From: Chrysemys picta bellii
Lineage: Eukaryota
Assembly (NCBI RefSeq): GCF_011386835.1
Contig: NC_088791.1
Location: forward strand, 281,542,001-281,606,000
Direction: 5' to 3'
Length of the DNA stretch: 64,000 nucleotides
The translations under genes and the position numbers were made by a program. Below, in pieces: positions 26,728-39,464 of this stretch. Positions within the stretch are counted from its first letter, which is position 1, and the number at the start of each line of letters is the position of its first letter. A model generated the notes under the pieces. It did not search any database. It saw nothing but the letters and a program-made list of their open reading frames with translations, and was not told where the DNA came from.

Positions 26728-27849
26728 CAGTGGTCTCCAAACTTCTTTGATTGCGCACCCCTATCAGTAAAAAAATTTTGAGTACACACCCCCAATATAT
26801 GTATATTTATTTATGTATAAATTATATACATGTACTACTATAATAATATTTTATGTATATTACAAAACATACAAAAATAGAAATTAAAAAAGGATGAGAT
26901 AAAGATGAAATAAACAATATTTTTTAAATAATTTATTGTATTTTATTTATTAACAGTACAAAAAACCTTTTTGCTCTCACAAAAAATTATTATTAATAAT
27001 ATTTTTTAGTGAGAGCAACGTGATTGGATATACTTCATTATTTCTGAAAATCTTGGTTTAACACTTTGTGATACAGTGATTTGAAGGTCTGTTAGGGTTA
27101 GGGTGCAGGAGGGGGCTCAGAGTGGAGGTGCAAAGTCTGGGAGGGAGTTAGGGTATGGGAGGGCGCTCAGGGTGGGGGTGCGGGAAGAGGCTCAGGGTTG
27201 GGGCAGGCAGGAGGTGCAGAGCACTTACCTGGGGCAGCTCCTGTTTGGTGCAAGGGGTGTGCAGGTGGCTCAGCACAGCGCAGCACCGCCCCCATGGCCA
27301 CGATTCTGGGAGCTTCCCCACTCCCCAGGCCACCCGGAATGCAGGGGCGTAGGGGCTGCAGGGTCCTGGGCTAAGGGGGCCCCGGGGCCCTGGCCTGCAG
27401 CTCTAAAGCCCCTTTCGGAATGCGACTCTGCAAGCACTGGCTGGAGGACTCAGGAGGAGCAGGGGCAGCTGCACAGCCAGTGGCCGGAGAGAAGCGCCGC
27501 TTTCCCCTTCAAAGTGCCGCTTCTCTCCAGCCGGCTTTGAAGGGGAAAGCGCCGCTTCTTCTGGCCGCTGGCTGTGCAGCTGCCCCTGCTCCTCCACGGG
27601 CTGGAGGACTCAGGGCCGCATTCTGAAAGCGGCTTTAGAGCTGCAGGCCAGTGCCCCAGGGCCCCCTTAGCCCAGGGCCCTGCAGCCCCTAAAGCCCCTG
27701 CGTTCTGGCTGGCCCTGCCTGGGGGGGCAGGGTGGGCAGCTTCCTCGCTCGCTCGTTCCCTCCGGCCGCCCTTTTTTTTTTTCCGGTGGTGCTCCTCCTG
27801 CCGCGCCCTCCAATGGATCGTCTTGCGCACCCCACTGTGGAGACTACTG
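26728..27849. mobile_element. Non-autonomous hAT (Charlie-like) element
   Basis: TIR CAGTGGTCTCCA / TGGAGACTACTG; TSD ATCTAGAC / ATATAGAC; AT-rich then GC-rich interior. Confidence 0.88.
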
Positions 27850-29119
27850 ATATAGACTGGACATTTGGACTTTGTTGTTAATCTTGTTAGTCTTATCTGG
27901 TGTTCTAAACCTTGTTCCTGAAAGAGCATCATTTTAGTGTTTTTGGAAACCTAGATTTGATAATTAATGTGTCATCTTTTCTTCATGCTTCAAACAGAAG
28001 AACTTTAAGAAAGCTGAGTATTTTTTTTTCTCTCACTGCCCTCTTCTAGTCAAGAGAAGATATAACAGGCAAGAATGATTCAAAATTAGTTTGATGGAAT
28101 CAAATGATTCTTTGTAATACAGCACCAATATGCACCTGATCCAAGAATTTTTAATGGCTAGAGACCACAGGTGTCTTGAGACATGCCATTTCCCAGTTTT
28201 GGCAGGCTAAAAGCACTGAGACTACAGCGTAAGTCAGCTCTGTCAGAGGACATGTTTATGTAGATTTCAACACTCTGACATTGCACAGTTCCCTGAGGGC
28301 TCAGGGAGACATGAGGAAAGATGTTTATTATTGGTTTCATTTATTGAAGAAGAGAGCTCGTGTTTAGTGGGAGGATCACAGAGGCAGAGTGAAACTCAGA
28401 GAGGTCCCTAAGGTTAACCTACTAACTCTCCCAGGCTTGTTTGTTCTTTTGTTTGTCTGTCATTGTGCACAGAACAGCATGGCCGCTATGTGCCTCCTGA
28501 GTCCAGATGCCAATTGGGGATAGGTGAGAAACACAGTGCAGCAGAAGGGAGGAAATATGTTTACACAGATCTGTTCTGGTGTTGAAGTATATACAGAAAA
28601 GAGTGAGGCTGTGCTGTGTAAGTCACTTGGTAATGCTAAAAGTGATGGTTGCTTGTCATATAATGGAAACTTGCTAAACCTCCTACTAACTTTTATTTAC
28701 TTCATAGAGCAAAGAACTTCCAAGCTCACTCAAGCTCATATAAAGTTTTCATTAGCTTCAGGTCAAGCTGATCAGACTGTCTCCCCCAGCTGAAACTGGT
28801 AAAGCATTGAATTAAGGCAGATCTGTGACCTAATGGGTAGTTGATAAATTTTTGTTCCTTGTGGACAGTTGTGGCTCATCTCCAGCCCGTGTAAACACTT
28901 CCCCATTCATTAGTGTCACCTAAGAATTGATTCTCTATCAGTGTTCAGACAGCTTGGAAAATGGCTTTATTTTTTATCTTCCTTCATGCTGACCCCTTTC
29001 CACTGTGTGAAAAAGACTGTTAGCTCTTTGCTTTCATTATGGGGCATGGGGTTGTTATTCTGCCAGACATGCAGAACCCTGAATTAAATATTACATTTTG
29101 GGCTAGATTTAGCACCACC

Positions 29120-30015
29120 TAGAGCTGCCAGATATCTGGTTTTTGACCGGACTGCCTGGTCAAAAAGGGACCCTGGTGGCTCCAGTCAGCACTGCTGACG
29201 GGGCCATTAAAAGTCCGGTTAGCGGTGCATCTGGGCTAAATCAGGCTCCCTGCCTGCTCTGGCTTCACACAGCTCCCAGAAGAGGCCAGCATATCTCTGC
29301 GGCCCCTAGGTGCAGGGGCGGCCATGGAGGCTCTGCACACTGCCCCCACCCTGAGTGCTGGCTCTGCAGCTCCCATTGGCCAGGAACCTTGGCCAACGGG
29401 AGCTGTGGGTTGGCACCTGCAGACGAGGGCAACGCACGGAGCCCCTGGCTGCCCCTGCGCCTACGGGCTGCGGGGGCATACTGTCCACTTCCGTGAGCTG
29501 CCTGAGGTAAGCACTGCCCAGAGCTCGCACCCCAACTCCATGCCCCAGCCGTGAGCCCCTGCCTGCACCCAAACTCCCTCCCACAGTCCGCAGCCACATT
29601 CCCTCCCACATGCTGAACCCCTCGGCCTCAGCCCAAAGCCCCTTCTGTACCCCAAACCCCTCATCCCGGCCCCACACCAGAGCCCGCACCCCCAGCCAGA
29701 GCCCTCCCTTCCCTGCACCCCAACATCCTGCCCCAGCCCAGAGCCCCTTCCTGCACCCAAAACCCCTCAACCCCAGCACCACCCCAGAGCCCGCTCCCCC
29801 AGCCAGAGCTCTCACCCCCTCCCACACCCTAACCCCCGCCACAGTCTGGTGAAAATGAGCAAGTGAGTGAGGGTATGGGAGAGCAAGCGACGGAGTGAGG
29901 GGGGGATGGTGTGAGCGGGGCCAGGGCCTCGGGGGTGGGGCCTCGGGGAATGGGGTGGGGCAGGGGGCGGGGCAAGGGTGTTCGGTTTTCTGCAGTCAGA
30001 AAGTTGGCAACCCTA
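29120..30015. mobile_element. Non-autonomous hAT element (TAGGGTTGCCA-type ends)
   Basis: TIR TAGAGCTGCCA / TGGCAACCCTA; TSD GCACCACC / GCCCCACC; C-rich internal repeats. Confidence 0.85.
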
Positions 30016-31584
30016 GCCCCACCGCAGTGTGGGAGAGAATGCAGCGCTGCCATATCCCACGAGGAACTTCTATAAAGAACGTACTTCAGGAGTCACACTC
30101 CTTCCTAGAGCTGCCAGTGCATGATAGGAGCATGAACATTGCATCATCCCTTGGAAAGCCGCAGCCTGCTTCTCTTTTGGTGGCTGGCCAGCTTCATTGA
30201 CTGGGGAGGGGAGACAAGTGGTCTCACCTCATCACCTTCTCCCCCATTTTGATACTCAGTGGTGTGTTGAAGGGGCAGTCTCTATGGTCCCGAAATGCAG
30301 GGACGGCAAATACCCCTGGTCCTTGCACTGTGTGTGCAAAGGATGAAAATTTGCTCCCACGCACCGGAACAAGATCCAGCTACAATGGGACTCTACTTCC
30401 CTGGACTATAAAACAATATCAGTGTAGTACACTTCAGCTTCATAGTTCTATATGATACAAATGTACAACTGTTCTATATTCATCTCTGTTAAATGTGGCA
30501 CACAAAGATAAAGCATCAAATAACTGTATGAGTAGCTGCTGATTGGTCCGAGTAGTCAGGTTAGAAGGGCACAACTCATTCTTCCTTGTCCTTTTTCTCA
30601 GTTCATGTGACATCCATCCCTCTCATTGCTGACTAGCTCCGATGCGATGCCCCAACATATGTGAGGCAGTGGTGTCACAGCCACCACACAACCTCATGGG
30701 AGCATAGAGCTGTCCCATAGGAGGTTCAGTATGTGCCAGATTTTTAATATACTGCAGAGTGTTTCAGAGTTTCACGTGCATTAATTTATAGTGTTTGTAG
30801 CTATAAATTAGTACAAAAGAAATCTGTGCAATATAATTAAAATAAAAAGACACTTCAATGCCCCCTTTGTCTTCCAATTCCAATGAGTTTAACCCTTGTG
30901 GAAAATACTATCTCTGTTACAGTAATGGTCAAAATCACCTCAAATCAAATTGTCCTGTGTGTAACATGGGTGAGACCCCCAGGACTTCCCTGTAATAGAA
31001 AAGAGAGTTTTGCCTACATTTAGCAATAGCAATACTGCAGTGATCCAATCACACATTACTGGGCTAATGCTGTAACATACTGTAATATTTCTTTTAAGTC
31101 TCCTGTAGTATTTGCAGTGTAACAGCATGATTCATGCGGGACATCTCTTTGGAGACAGAGCTGGCCATCCACGACACCACTATTCACTTGAGTGAAGTTA
31201 CTCCTGGGCATAGTCTTTGTGGGATTAGACCCTTAGATAATCATATGCATATTTTCCATCTTGGTGTGGCTCTTGGGGGCATTCAAAAACATTGGTACAT
31301 TTTTTTAAATTTGGTACTTAACTTCTTCAATTCAATTTTCAATGACACAATTCTTAGATTCTGAAACAACTTTTATAGAGATGTCATATTGTATCTCACC
31401 AGATGTGTTGATTTTCTGGTTACAAAAAATTAATAAGTAAAAAATACATTAAAATATTTATAATCTAGAGTGACTATGCTACATTCAATTTTTTTGCTAT
31501 ACTGTATGCAAAATATTTGAAAACCATACCACATAAAACTTTGTTTTTACAACCCAACATGAAACTTCACTGAAACTGAATCAC

Positions 31585-31745
31585 ATTTATGTCTGTCTAT
31601 ATTATCTGCCTGTCTATAGATCTTATTTGTCTGTCGGTCTATCTAATTGATGTGTCGCTCTTATCTACGTATTTTATCTGCCTATACTGTCTACCTACCT
31701 ACCTATTTTATCCATCCAATCTAATCTAGCTAATCTATTTTAGGC
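31585..31745. repeat. Degenerate (TCTA)n / (TCTG)n simple repeat
   Basis: Runs such as gtctgtctat, atctacctacctacctatttatccatccaatctaatctagc. Confidence 0.65.
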
Positions 31746-34544
31746 TTTTCTATCATGCTTATCACTGTGGTGCATAAGCACCATATGCCTCGATCCATTT
31801 CTGCTTTTTTTATTTAAATGAACTTGAACAACATTTTAAAAATGTTGTTAATTGGAATCAGCTACCGAGCATAATTTTAGCTCATAATTAGGCCTTTTCC
31901 TTCTAGAATCCCTTCCCAGTCTTCCTAATCGCAATGAATTTTAGCTAACTCAATAATTCTGCGGGGGGAAAAATAGCTTTAAGTGCTTTTGCAAATCCTT
32001 ATTGCATAATTGTACTAAGCATTTTTGTGGAAACTAGAAAATAAGGTTCATATCCTTTTCTGACATAAATTGGAGTTAGTCCATTGAAGTCCATGGAGCT
32101 ATGACAATTTTCACCAGATGAGGACTTGGCCTAAGACATTTAGCAGAGAAACATGCACAAAAGTCTTTGGATGCATTCAGAGGTTTTCATTGGTGTCAAT
32201 GACCACAGAACATATTTATCTGAGGGCTGAGTTTGACCCTAACATTTCTTCCCCATTCATATTTTGATACTATTTAACATTTGTTTATTATTTCTTTACT
32301 TGTGCATCAGTCTAGACCCAGAAATAACTTGCATAGATTAGTTTAAATATCCTTTCCTTTGCAGCCTATTATCCCTGGACTTAAATAAGCCATGTAATGT
32401 TCAAGCAGATAACGATTGTTATTAGTAATGGTATGGTACGTGTGAGGTAGGTGAGCTCTTTGTGCATATGCCATAGGTTTATTTGTTTACCTGCTGTGTC
32501 CTAGGACCCTAATGAAAATGTGACATTGCATTTCATGATTTTGTCCTAGTGAGCAAGAGTTTAATACATCACCAATCCCAGTAAACAACTTACAACTTAT
32601 TCAAAGTAATGCTATACCTGAGGACCATTAGCAACCATTCTCAGCTCCTAGGAGAGCAAAGGCTTCTTCACCAGTGCTTTCTTTATTAAAGTTACCTTGG
32701 ATGCAACTTTGTCTCACTGGGGAAGTATGAGTTAGTGACAATGCAACGCCAAGTCTGTCTCACCCTTGATCTTACTAGTAAGGCTGAATCTACCTGTGAG
32801 TGCTTTCCCCAGAGCTTCTTTGTTGGACTTATTGTCACTGATCCACCAGTTATAAAGTAACATGAAGACGAGATAGTGCTTCATAGAGTAGTCACTATGC
32901 TACAAAAAGGGAGCCAAATATGAGCGTATTAGTTACACACCAAAATATCTTCCTGGTGTTTTTAAAAGTGGTGCAATAGCTTTTTTCAGAGATATTGTGC
33001 ACTTAAGAAAGTAAATTACTCTAACATTATAACATATGTGTATAACTTTAGTGGCGGGGTAAGGGGAGAGACAGATGCTAAATTTAAGCTGCTTTAAATC
33101 TAAGTCTGCACTAAATGGTTTGAAAAATAACCCTTCTACCTTTTGTGCCATACATTCAGAACTAATTATGAGTTGAAGACAAAATAGCTTTGCTTAATTT
33201 AACAGCCATCTTTTCTTTGCATGACATTCTAATAGTTCCAGAAAAACTAGATTTATTCTCTTGCTCTCTTGCTTGCTTTCTATCTTGTATGTTGGATGTT
33301 ATATACTCCAAAGATTCAATGAAAACCTGAGCATTGTTCCAATTGTAGTAGAGTTTGATGCCACTCAGTGTCTTATGAGCCAATTTAAGTATCTAACATT
33401 CTTGAAACCTCTTTGTCTCAAATAGGCCCATACGTATGCTTCTTTACTCAGGCAACATTCCAATTGCATATTAGACCTATGTAGATCTTAAATTAAATTA
33501 TATTATTATAACATGGAAAATCATGTTTAGCTGGGCTAATTCAACTTTTTCAGTGAGAAGAAATATCTAGAATTAAACAAAAGTATTTGTTTCCCCGTCT
33601 ACCTACTGTAACTTAATATCAAACTGATTTGGTCATATTCTACAATTAAAATTGCAATTAATATAGTTTACCCTCTTTGCACATGTTTATACTGAAGAAC
33701 TCTCACTTTATAAATTATTTTGCTTACTGTCATTTAAGGTGCTGAAAAAGAACAATACAACTTAGTGAATACATGCCAGTTTGTTCTTATGATAGCCAAG
33801 AACCAACATCACAGAGTTCTCCTCACCATGATAAATATACTGGGCATGCAAACAGAACAAGACAAGCTGAAAATATTAATGCATCTTTGCCTTGAAAATA
33901 CTAATTGACTTAGTCTTTCCAATCTGTTCTTTACAAAGGTGGAAGGTGGATGTTGTAGATTAAAATCAACAACAAAACACTAGCTACTGTGAATTAGCAG
34001 GACAGAACTAGGGGATATCTAGCAAAACCTAAAAACAGACTAGGAAATATAGAGCAAGAATGTAAATGGAAATATAGAGCAGACTAGGAAATATGAACAA
34101 AGACCAGAGCCCTAAGGATAACAAGGGAAATCTTAAAATCTATAAGTAAAAGTCAGTGAAAGGTACTTAAATTCTGGAGTAATCTGATGGGTTGATTTAG
34201 TGCAAGTGTCTCCTCAGGCATCTACTGTCTGTAATAATAGCAATACCATTGTGCACAGTGAAGCATCAAGGAAACCAACAGTGAACTGTAGTAGTTCATT
34301 GCTGAGATAGCAAAAGCTTACAATAGCAATATTAGCAGAAGTGGACTCAATCATGTAACATTCCTGAGGGAGATGAAAAAGCAGCTCCGCTAAAGTATTT
34401 GTATTGTCATCTACAGTCAAATAATAGTCCATTAACCCCTAATCAGAGCGGTCAAAATACAATGCACCCTAAAAGGTGGTGTTTGAGAAACTGCCTTCCC
34501 TAGGAAATACTGAGGCTCAGTCCAAAGCAGCTTTGCCCTATTGC

Positions 34545-34900
34545 CTATAAGTTCAAATAATGGTTAGAGATCCAACTCCAGCCTTCAGCACCAGTGGGAC
34601 AGCCCAGATGTTGCAGAGACCAGGTCAGATAATAGTCATTCTTTAACTTGTGTATGTCCAGTGCTGTATATGAATTTGTGAACCTCTGATTGTTAGAAAA
34701 GAGAACACCAGAGAACATGCAGATTCTAAAGAGCACTTCTCCACAAAGGATCATCTTCGTGAGATGGCACCCTATCTTGAAGCTAGATGGTGGTGAAAGT
34801 ACATTGATCAATGGCAGATGATAACATTGAAAAAAAAGAACCCAAATTTTCTCAGGAAGGTCAGCTGCCAAGGTCCCCATCTCTCCTGAAGTAAAGATGC
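34545..34900 (-). mobile_element. Possible ancient RTE-type LINE remnant
   Basis: Translation KIGCHLTKMILCGEVL loosely resembles the RTE C-terminal RLPK.ILYGEL motif. Confidence 0.25.
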
Positions 34901-37523
34901 TGAATCCTAAATAGCTGGGCCAGAAAGCAAGCTTGTATCAGAAGCTGGGCATTTGCCGTTCTTCAGGAAGGTAGCTTTTGTTCCATTTTAAGGCTGCAGC
35001 TCAGCAAAACTTTTTTTGGGGGAGGGCTGACATTGGACTGCAGCTTTGCAACTGATACCACCTCAATGGATCTCTTCTTAACACAGTGAAAGGTTGAGAC
35101 AGAGCAAACATTTTTACCAAGCCCCAGAGGGGGAAGTAAGATCCCTGGAGCAAAGAACTGATTATCACAAATTCACACAGTAATCTGACATTTACGGTTC
35201 ACATGAAATCTGAACTTTACACTAAAGGACACTTAGGTACTATGTAGTACATGGAATGTCTAAGCCATAGGGTATTTCTGCTTTCCTCCTTAGTTCCAGT
35301 ACATATTAGGATAGGTGCTTAATTATTTTATCTAAGAACTACTAACTTTAGGTGGTTATTCTTACATAGAAGCTTGATCTAGAGGGGTGTGTTACAAATC
35401 TGCACTGGGTGTTAAGTAGTATAGCCACACTACTCCACTTCACTGAACTTGGCTCCAGTTCCATCACCTGACATTAGGAGTTCCTGTCACTTGTTCAGCT
35501 ATTCTAAGTGCTGGCCATACTAATACACAAAGACAGTATTTTTTATTGGGTTTAGAGAGCAAATATTCGCAAATACATTTCATATATATAATCCTGTTAA
35601 AAATCAAAGGTTATGGATAGAAGTCCTGGCTAAACTGTGACAGACATTAGCCATGGTAGAATTAAAAAGCATCAACAGTGCAAAAAAATGTAATCTAAAA
35701 TACATCTTTTACAGTTTCACACGGTTATGGATGTATGTGCATTTTAAACATGGACGATCTGACTGAGCTCTTTGCTTTATTACAAATTTAATCAGTGTTA
35801 ACGAAAACCAGGCACACAATGCAGTTTTGGAGTAAGTAGGTATGTTGCTAATTCTCTGCCTTCTCTTTTCTTTATTTTCATCCAGGATATATTTCAAGGA
35901 AGCTGTTAAGCTACTGTAATTGCAGTAATTTCATGAATCTGTGTGAAGATTTTCCCTTTAAAGTTGAACACTTTGCTAGTTCAGTTTAGTAGCACAAGTC
36001 TTTGTTGTGCAAATTAAATGCAATATGTTTGCTGTGTTCTTGTTTTTTCCACAAAGATTTCTTTTAGCTCTGCCGGAACTGACTTTTTGTTTTGTTCTGT
36101 TTTTTAAAGTAAAATAATAATACCACCAAATAACTGGCAGTTCATTTAATTAAATCCACCACACCAGAAAAGTTTCTCTCTTGTATTGGACTTGAAACTC
36201 ACAGTGGAAAATGTAAGCCTTTTCTCCAGCTTACTGGTGCTGGGTATATGTGCCCTACTCAGAGTGTCAGCTAACACTGGTAATTATTCTGGACAATATC
36301 TGATCTCTACCCAGTAGTGCTGGAGATTCATCAACACGGGCTGTAATCTCTTTGGAGCCCTAAGAAGAGACTTTTCCCAAATTGTCTCTAGGGTCTGTGC
36401 TCTGATTATGCTATTACTGGGTGGCCATGAGTGTATTGATGGAATCACTCCACTTCAAATACCACAACCAAAAGCCCTTTTCTATTTTGGCTTACCCCTG
36501 TTCAGCCTCAGATAGAGCTCTGCTGGCGTTAACAACCAGCTGCTCCTGCAAAAGAGCTCTACCCAATCCTTTCTCTGATGCATCACACTGGACTGCCAGT
36601 GGTTCCCGTGGTGGTAGTACTTCAGGACGGGGCATTGATTAATCATTTGTTTCTGCATGTAAAATGCTTGGTGCTGGGGACCTGCCCAGTCCTATTTAAC
36701 ATCCTGCCTTGTGAGCTGATACCAGGGTTTTGCTGCTGCAGCCTGGTGTGGACAGAAATTGGACAGAAAATATATGATTTCTATGAAGTGCTGTACCCCT
36801 TTCACATCCACTGGAGTTGGCTTGTCTCTGTCCACTTCAATCTTGTTGGGAACTGCTTTCACTCCCTCTGCTATGAGCAGATGTCCAGTATATGTCACCT
36901 CTTGCTGGTTGAGTCACACTTTTTCTGTGTTCCATTTTATGTCCTTGTACCTGCATCGCTGTAGAAAAGCGTATAGATTTCGGTCATGATTCTGTCAGAG
37001 CTTTGGTATGATTATTCCCTTCACCTGCAATGAGGATATCCTCTGCAATTATTTTCATCCATGGCAGTCCTTCAAGCACTTGGGTGAGTCTTCTCTGGAA
37101 CACCTCTCAGACTGGGCTTATGTCCATTGGCATGTGCAGGCATTTGTAGTAACAAAATAGTGTGGTCAAAGTTGTCAGCATGTTGGACTCTTTCTCCAGG
37201 CCTATGTGCCAAAACCGTTCTTCACATGAGACCATAAAGATTCTGCTTTGGAAAGTTCTGCCAAGTTGTCCTCAACTATGGGCAGTGAATTGTGGCATCT
37301 TTTCAATGCCCAGTTCAGTGGCTTTGGGTCTATGCAGATGCATAATTTGCCAGATGGCTTCTTTATTACCATCATTCTGCTTACCCAGGCTGTACTGGCT
37401 TTTATAGACGCACACTTATAAGCTCCTTCTGTAGTGGATTACATAGTACGACTGAAATTTTCCTTCATGGTAAGCACACAGGTTTCATTGTGGGGTCTTC
37501 TTCCAGTCACAACTTTCCTCTGA

Positions 37524-37716
37524 AAAAAGCAACAGAGGGTCCTGTGGCACCTTTAAGACTAACAGAAGTTACTAACAGATGCAAGCATCTGAAGAAGTAA
37601 GGTTCTTACCCACAAAAGCTTATGCTCCCAATACTTCTGTTAGTCTTAAAGGTGCCACAGGACCCTCTGTTGCTTTTTACAGATTCAGACTAACACGGCT
37701 ACCCCTCTGATACTTA
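37524..37716. mobile_element. Penelope-derived hairpin insertion with degenerate hammerhead ribozyme
   Basis: Perfect 46-bp inverted repeat (37524-37569 / 37633-37678) enclosing AGCAT-CTGAAGA-agtaagg-ttctta-cccac-AAAA-GC-TT-ATGCT. Confidence 0.8.
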
Positions 37717-38546
37717 CCTTTACTCTGAGGCATCTGTTGCTTTTGAAAATATCCTCACGTACCTTTAAAATTGTCTCCATTGTCCACAGGACTCCTCCTT
37801 TTTCTTCTTGCACTGCAGTTATAAAATTCTGATTCTGCACGTTGATTAGATCCATGGCTTGTATGTATAGAGGGATCTGTGGTGCTTACCGTCCACCAAA
37901 ACAAATGTCAGTTGGTAACATCTGTTCTTTTTTGTGTTAGTTACTATGAGGTCACATTTTCTGTGTGCTGCATTATGTCCTTTTTGTACATTTTTAGATT
38001 GTGCCTGCTCTTTGTAATGTGTTTGTTGGAGTCCAGTTCACCCAGAGGAATCACACTGCAGGAGGCCCCACTATCCAGCTGAAATCACACAGGGTGTTTC
38101 CCTGTAAACATTGTTAACTTCACAGAAGTTGGCATTATCCCTTGTTGCTTTCCTGTCTTGAAAGCCTGAACCTGATATGCTCTTTGACTCAAGGAGAGAA
38201 TATGATCACAGCTGTCTGATGTGCCATCCCCCTCTTGTACAAGTCTGAATGAATCTTTCTGAAACCTTCCTCTGCTCTTGCACACACTGCTAAAATGGTT
38301 CAATTTGCCACATTGCTGGCAATTCTGTCCTAATGCGGGGCACTTTTTCCTTCGCCCCCTCAGGCTGTCTCCCACAGTAAATGCATTTCACTATGGGTAC
38401 CCTGGCCACCTGCTTTCCTTTGCTGTTGACTTACTGCATATACTTCTGGGTGTGTTGTTCCTCCTAGGGCTTTCATCCTTTCTCTTGAGGCTTCTGCTGC
38501 ACACCCCTTGTCTAAGCATCTGTCTAATGTCAGATTGCCTTGTTGC

Positions 38547-38660
38547 AGGAGTGCTGGAACAATCTGTGTAGTGGGGGTGCTGAAGGTCATTGAACCAAAC
38601 TGTAAACCCTGTAAATGATGGAAACCACTATACCTTGTTGGTACAGCCACTCCCACAGGT
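38547..38660. mobile_element. MITE inserted in the Gypsy gag
   Basis: GGAGTGCTGGAACAATCTGTGTAGTGGGGGTGCTGA..GAACCAAACTGTAAACCC; homologous copy at 20875. Confidence 0.65.
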
Positions 38661-39131
38661 GGTGATCCCAACTGCTACAGACTATCCTGTCCCAAGTTAC
38701 AAGAGTGTGTCAAATACTCCAAATTGCATGTAGCAGCCAGTGTGCATAAGGCAATAACATAGGGGTTTAATCTCCCTCCCTTTCAGATTGGCCTGTAGCG
38801 AAACACCTGTGTCACTCCACAGTTTTGGTCTGCTTTGGGGAGCAAGAGTTCCCGAGGACTCCTAGGACTGATGTGAGGCTTGAGGCAGTGCTGAGCTTCA
38901 GAGTGGTGCAGACCTGTCTGCCTTGTTCCCCAATAAAGTACAACACTAGTTTTACTTTCCTATCGTCATCCTCCTGCACAGCCAGGTCTGTGTACAGCTG
39001 GAACTCCTCCTTCTACGAGCTCCTTAGTGTCTACAAAATCCAGGGCTCCCAGGGGCTTCAGACCAAGTTCTATGGCTCAGGCTGCCAGGTGCTGCACTTC
39101 AGAGAACTCACAACTCTGATGCTGCCACCAT

Positions 39132-39464
39132 CAGGGCCGGCTCTAACCTTTTTGCCGCCGACTCACCGTAACACCCCCCCCCCAGCACCCAGCCTCCCCC
39201 ACTCTCCCCCCCTGAGCGCTGCCCCCCTCCCCTGCCCAAACCCCCAAGCGCCACGCCGGGCCGCCCAAACCCCCGAGCGCTGCACTGCGCCATGCCGGGC
39301 TGCCGAAACACCCCCCGCGCTGCCCAGGCAAAACAAAAACAAAAAAAACCCCTCGAGCGCCGCCCCGCCGAACAAAAAAACAAACACCACGAGTGCCCCC
39401 CGCCACCCCAAGATTGGCCACCCCAAGGACGTGCTTGGTCAGTTGGTGCCTGGAGCTGGCCCTG
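39132..39464. mobile_element. Non-autonomous hAT MITE with the same termini as 8226-8445
   Basis: TIR CAGGGCCGGCTC / GAGCTGGCCCTG; TSD GCCACCAT / GCTGCCAT. Confidence 0.88.

Noticed and set aside
27103-30200. Multiple overlapping ORFs
   Set aside because: Lie within GC-rich hAT MITE interiors; low-complexity, with no splice or domain support
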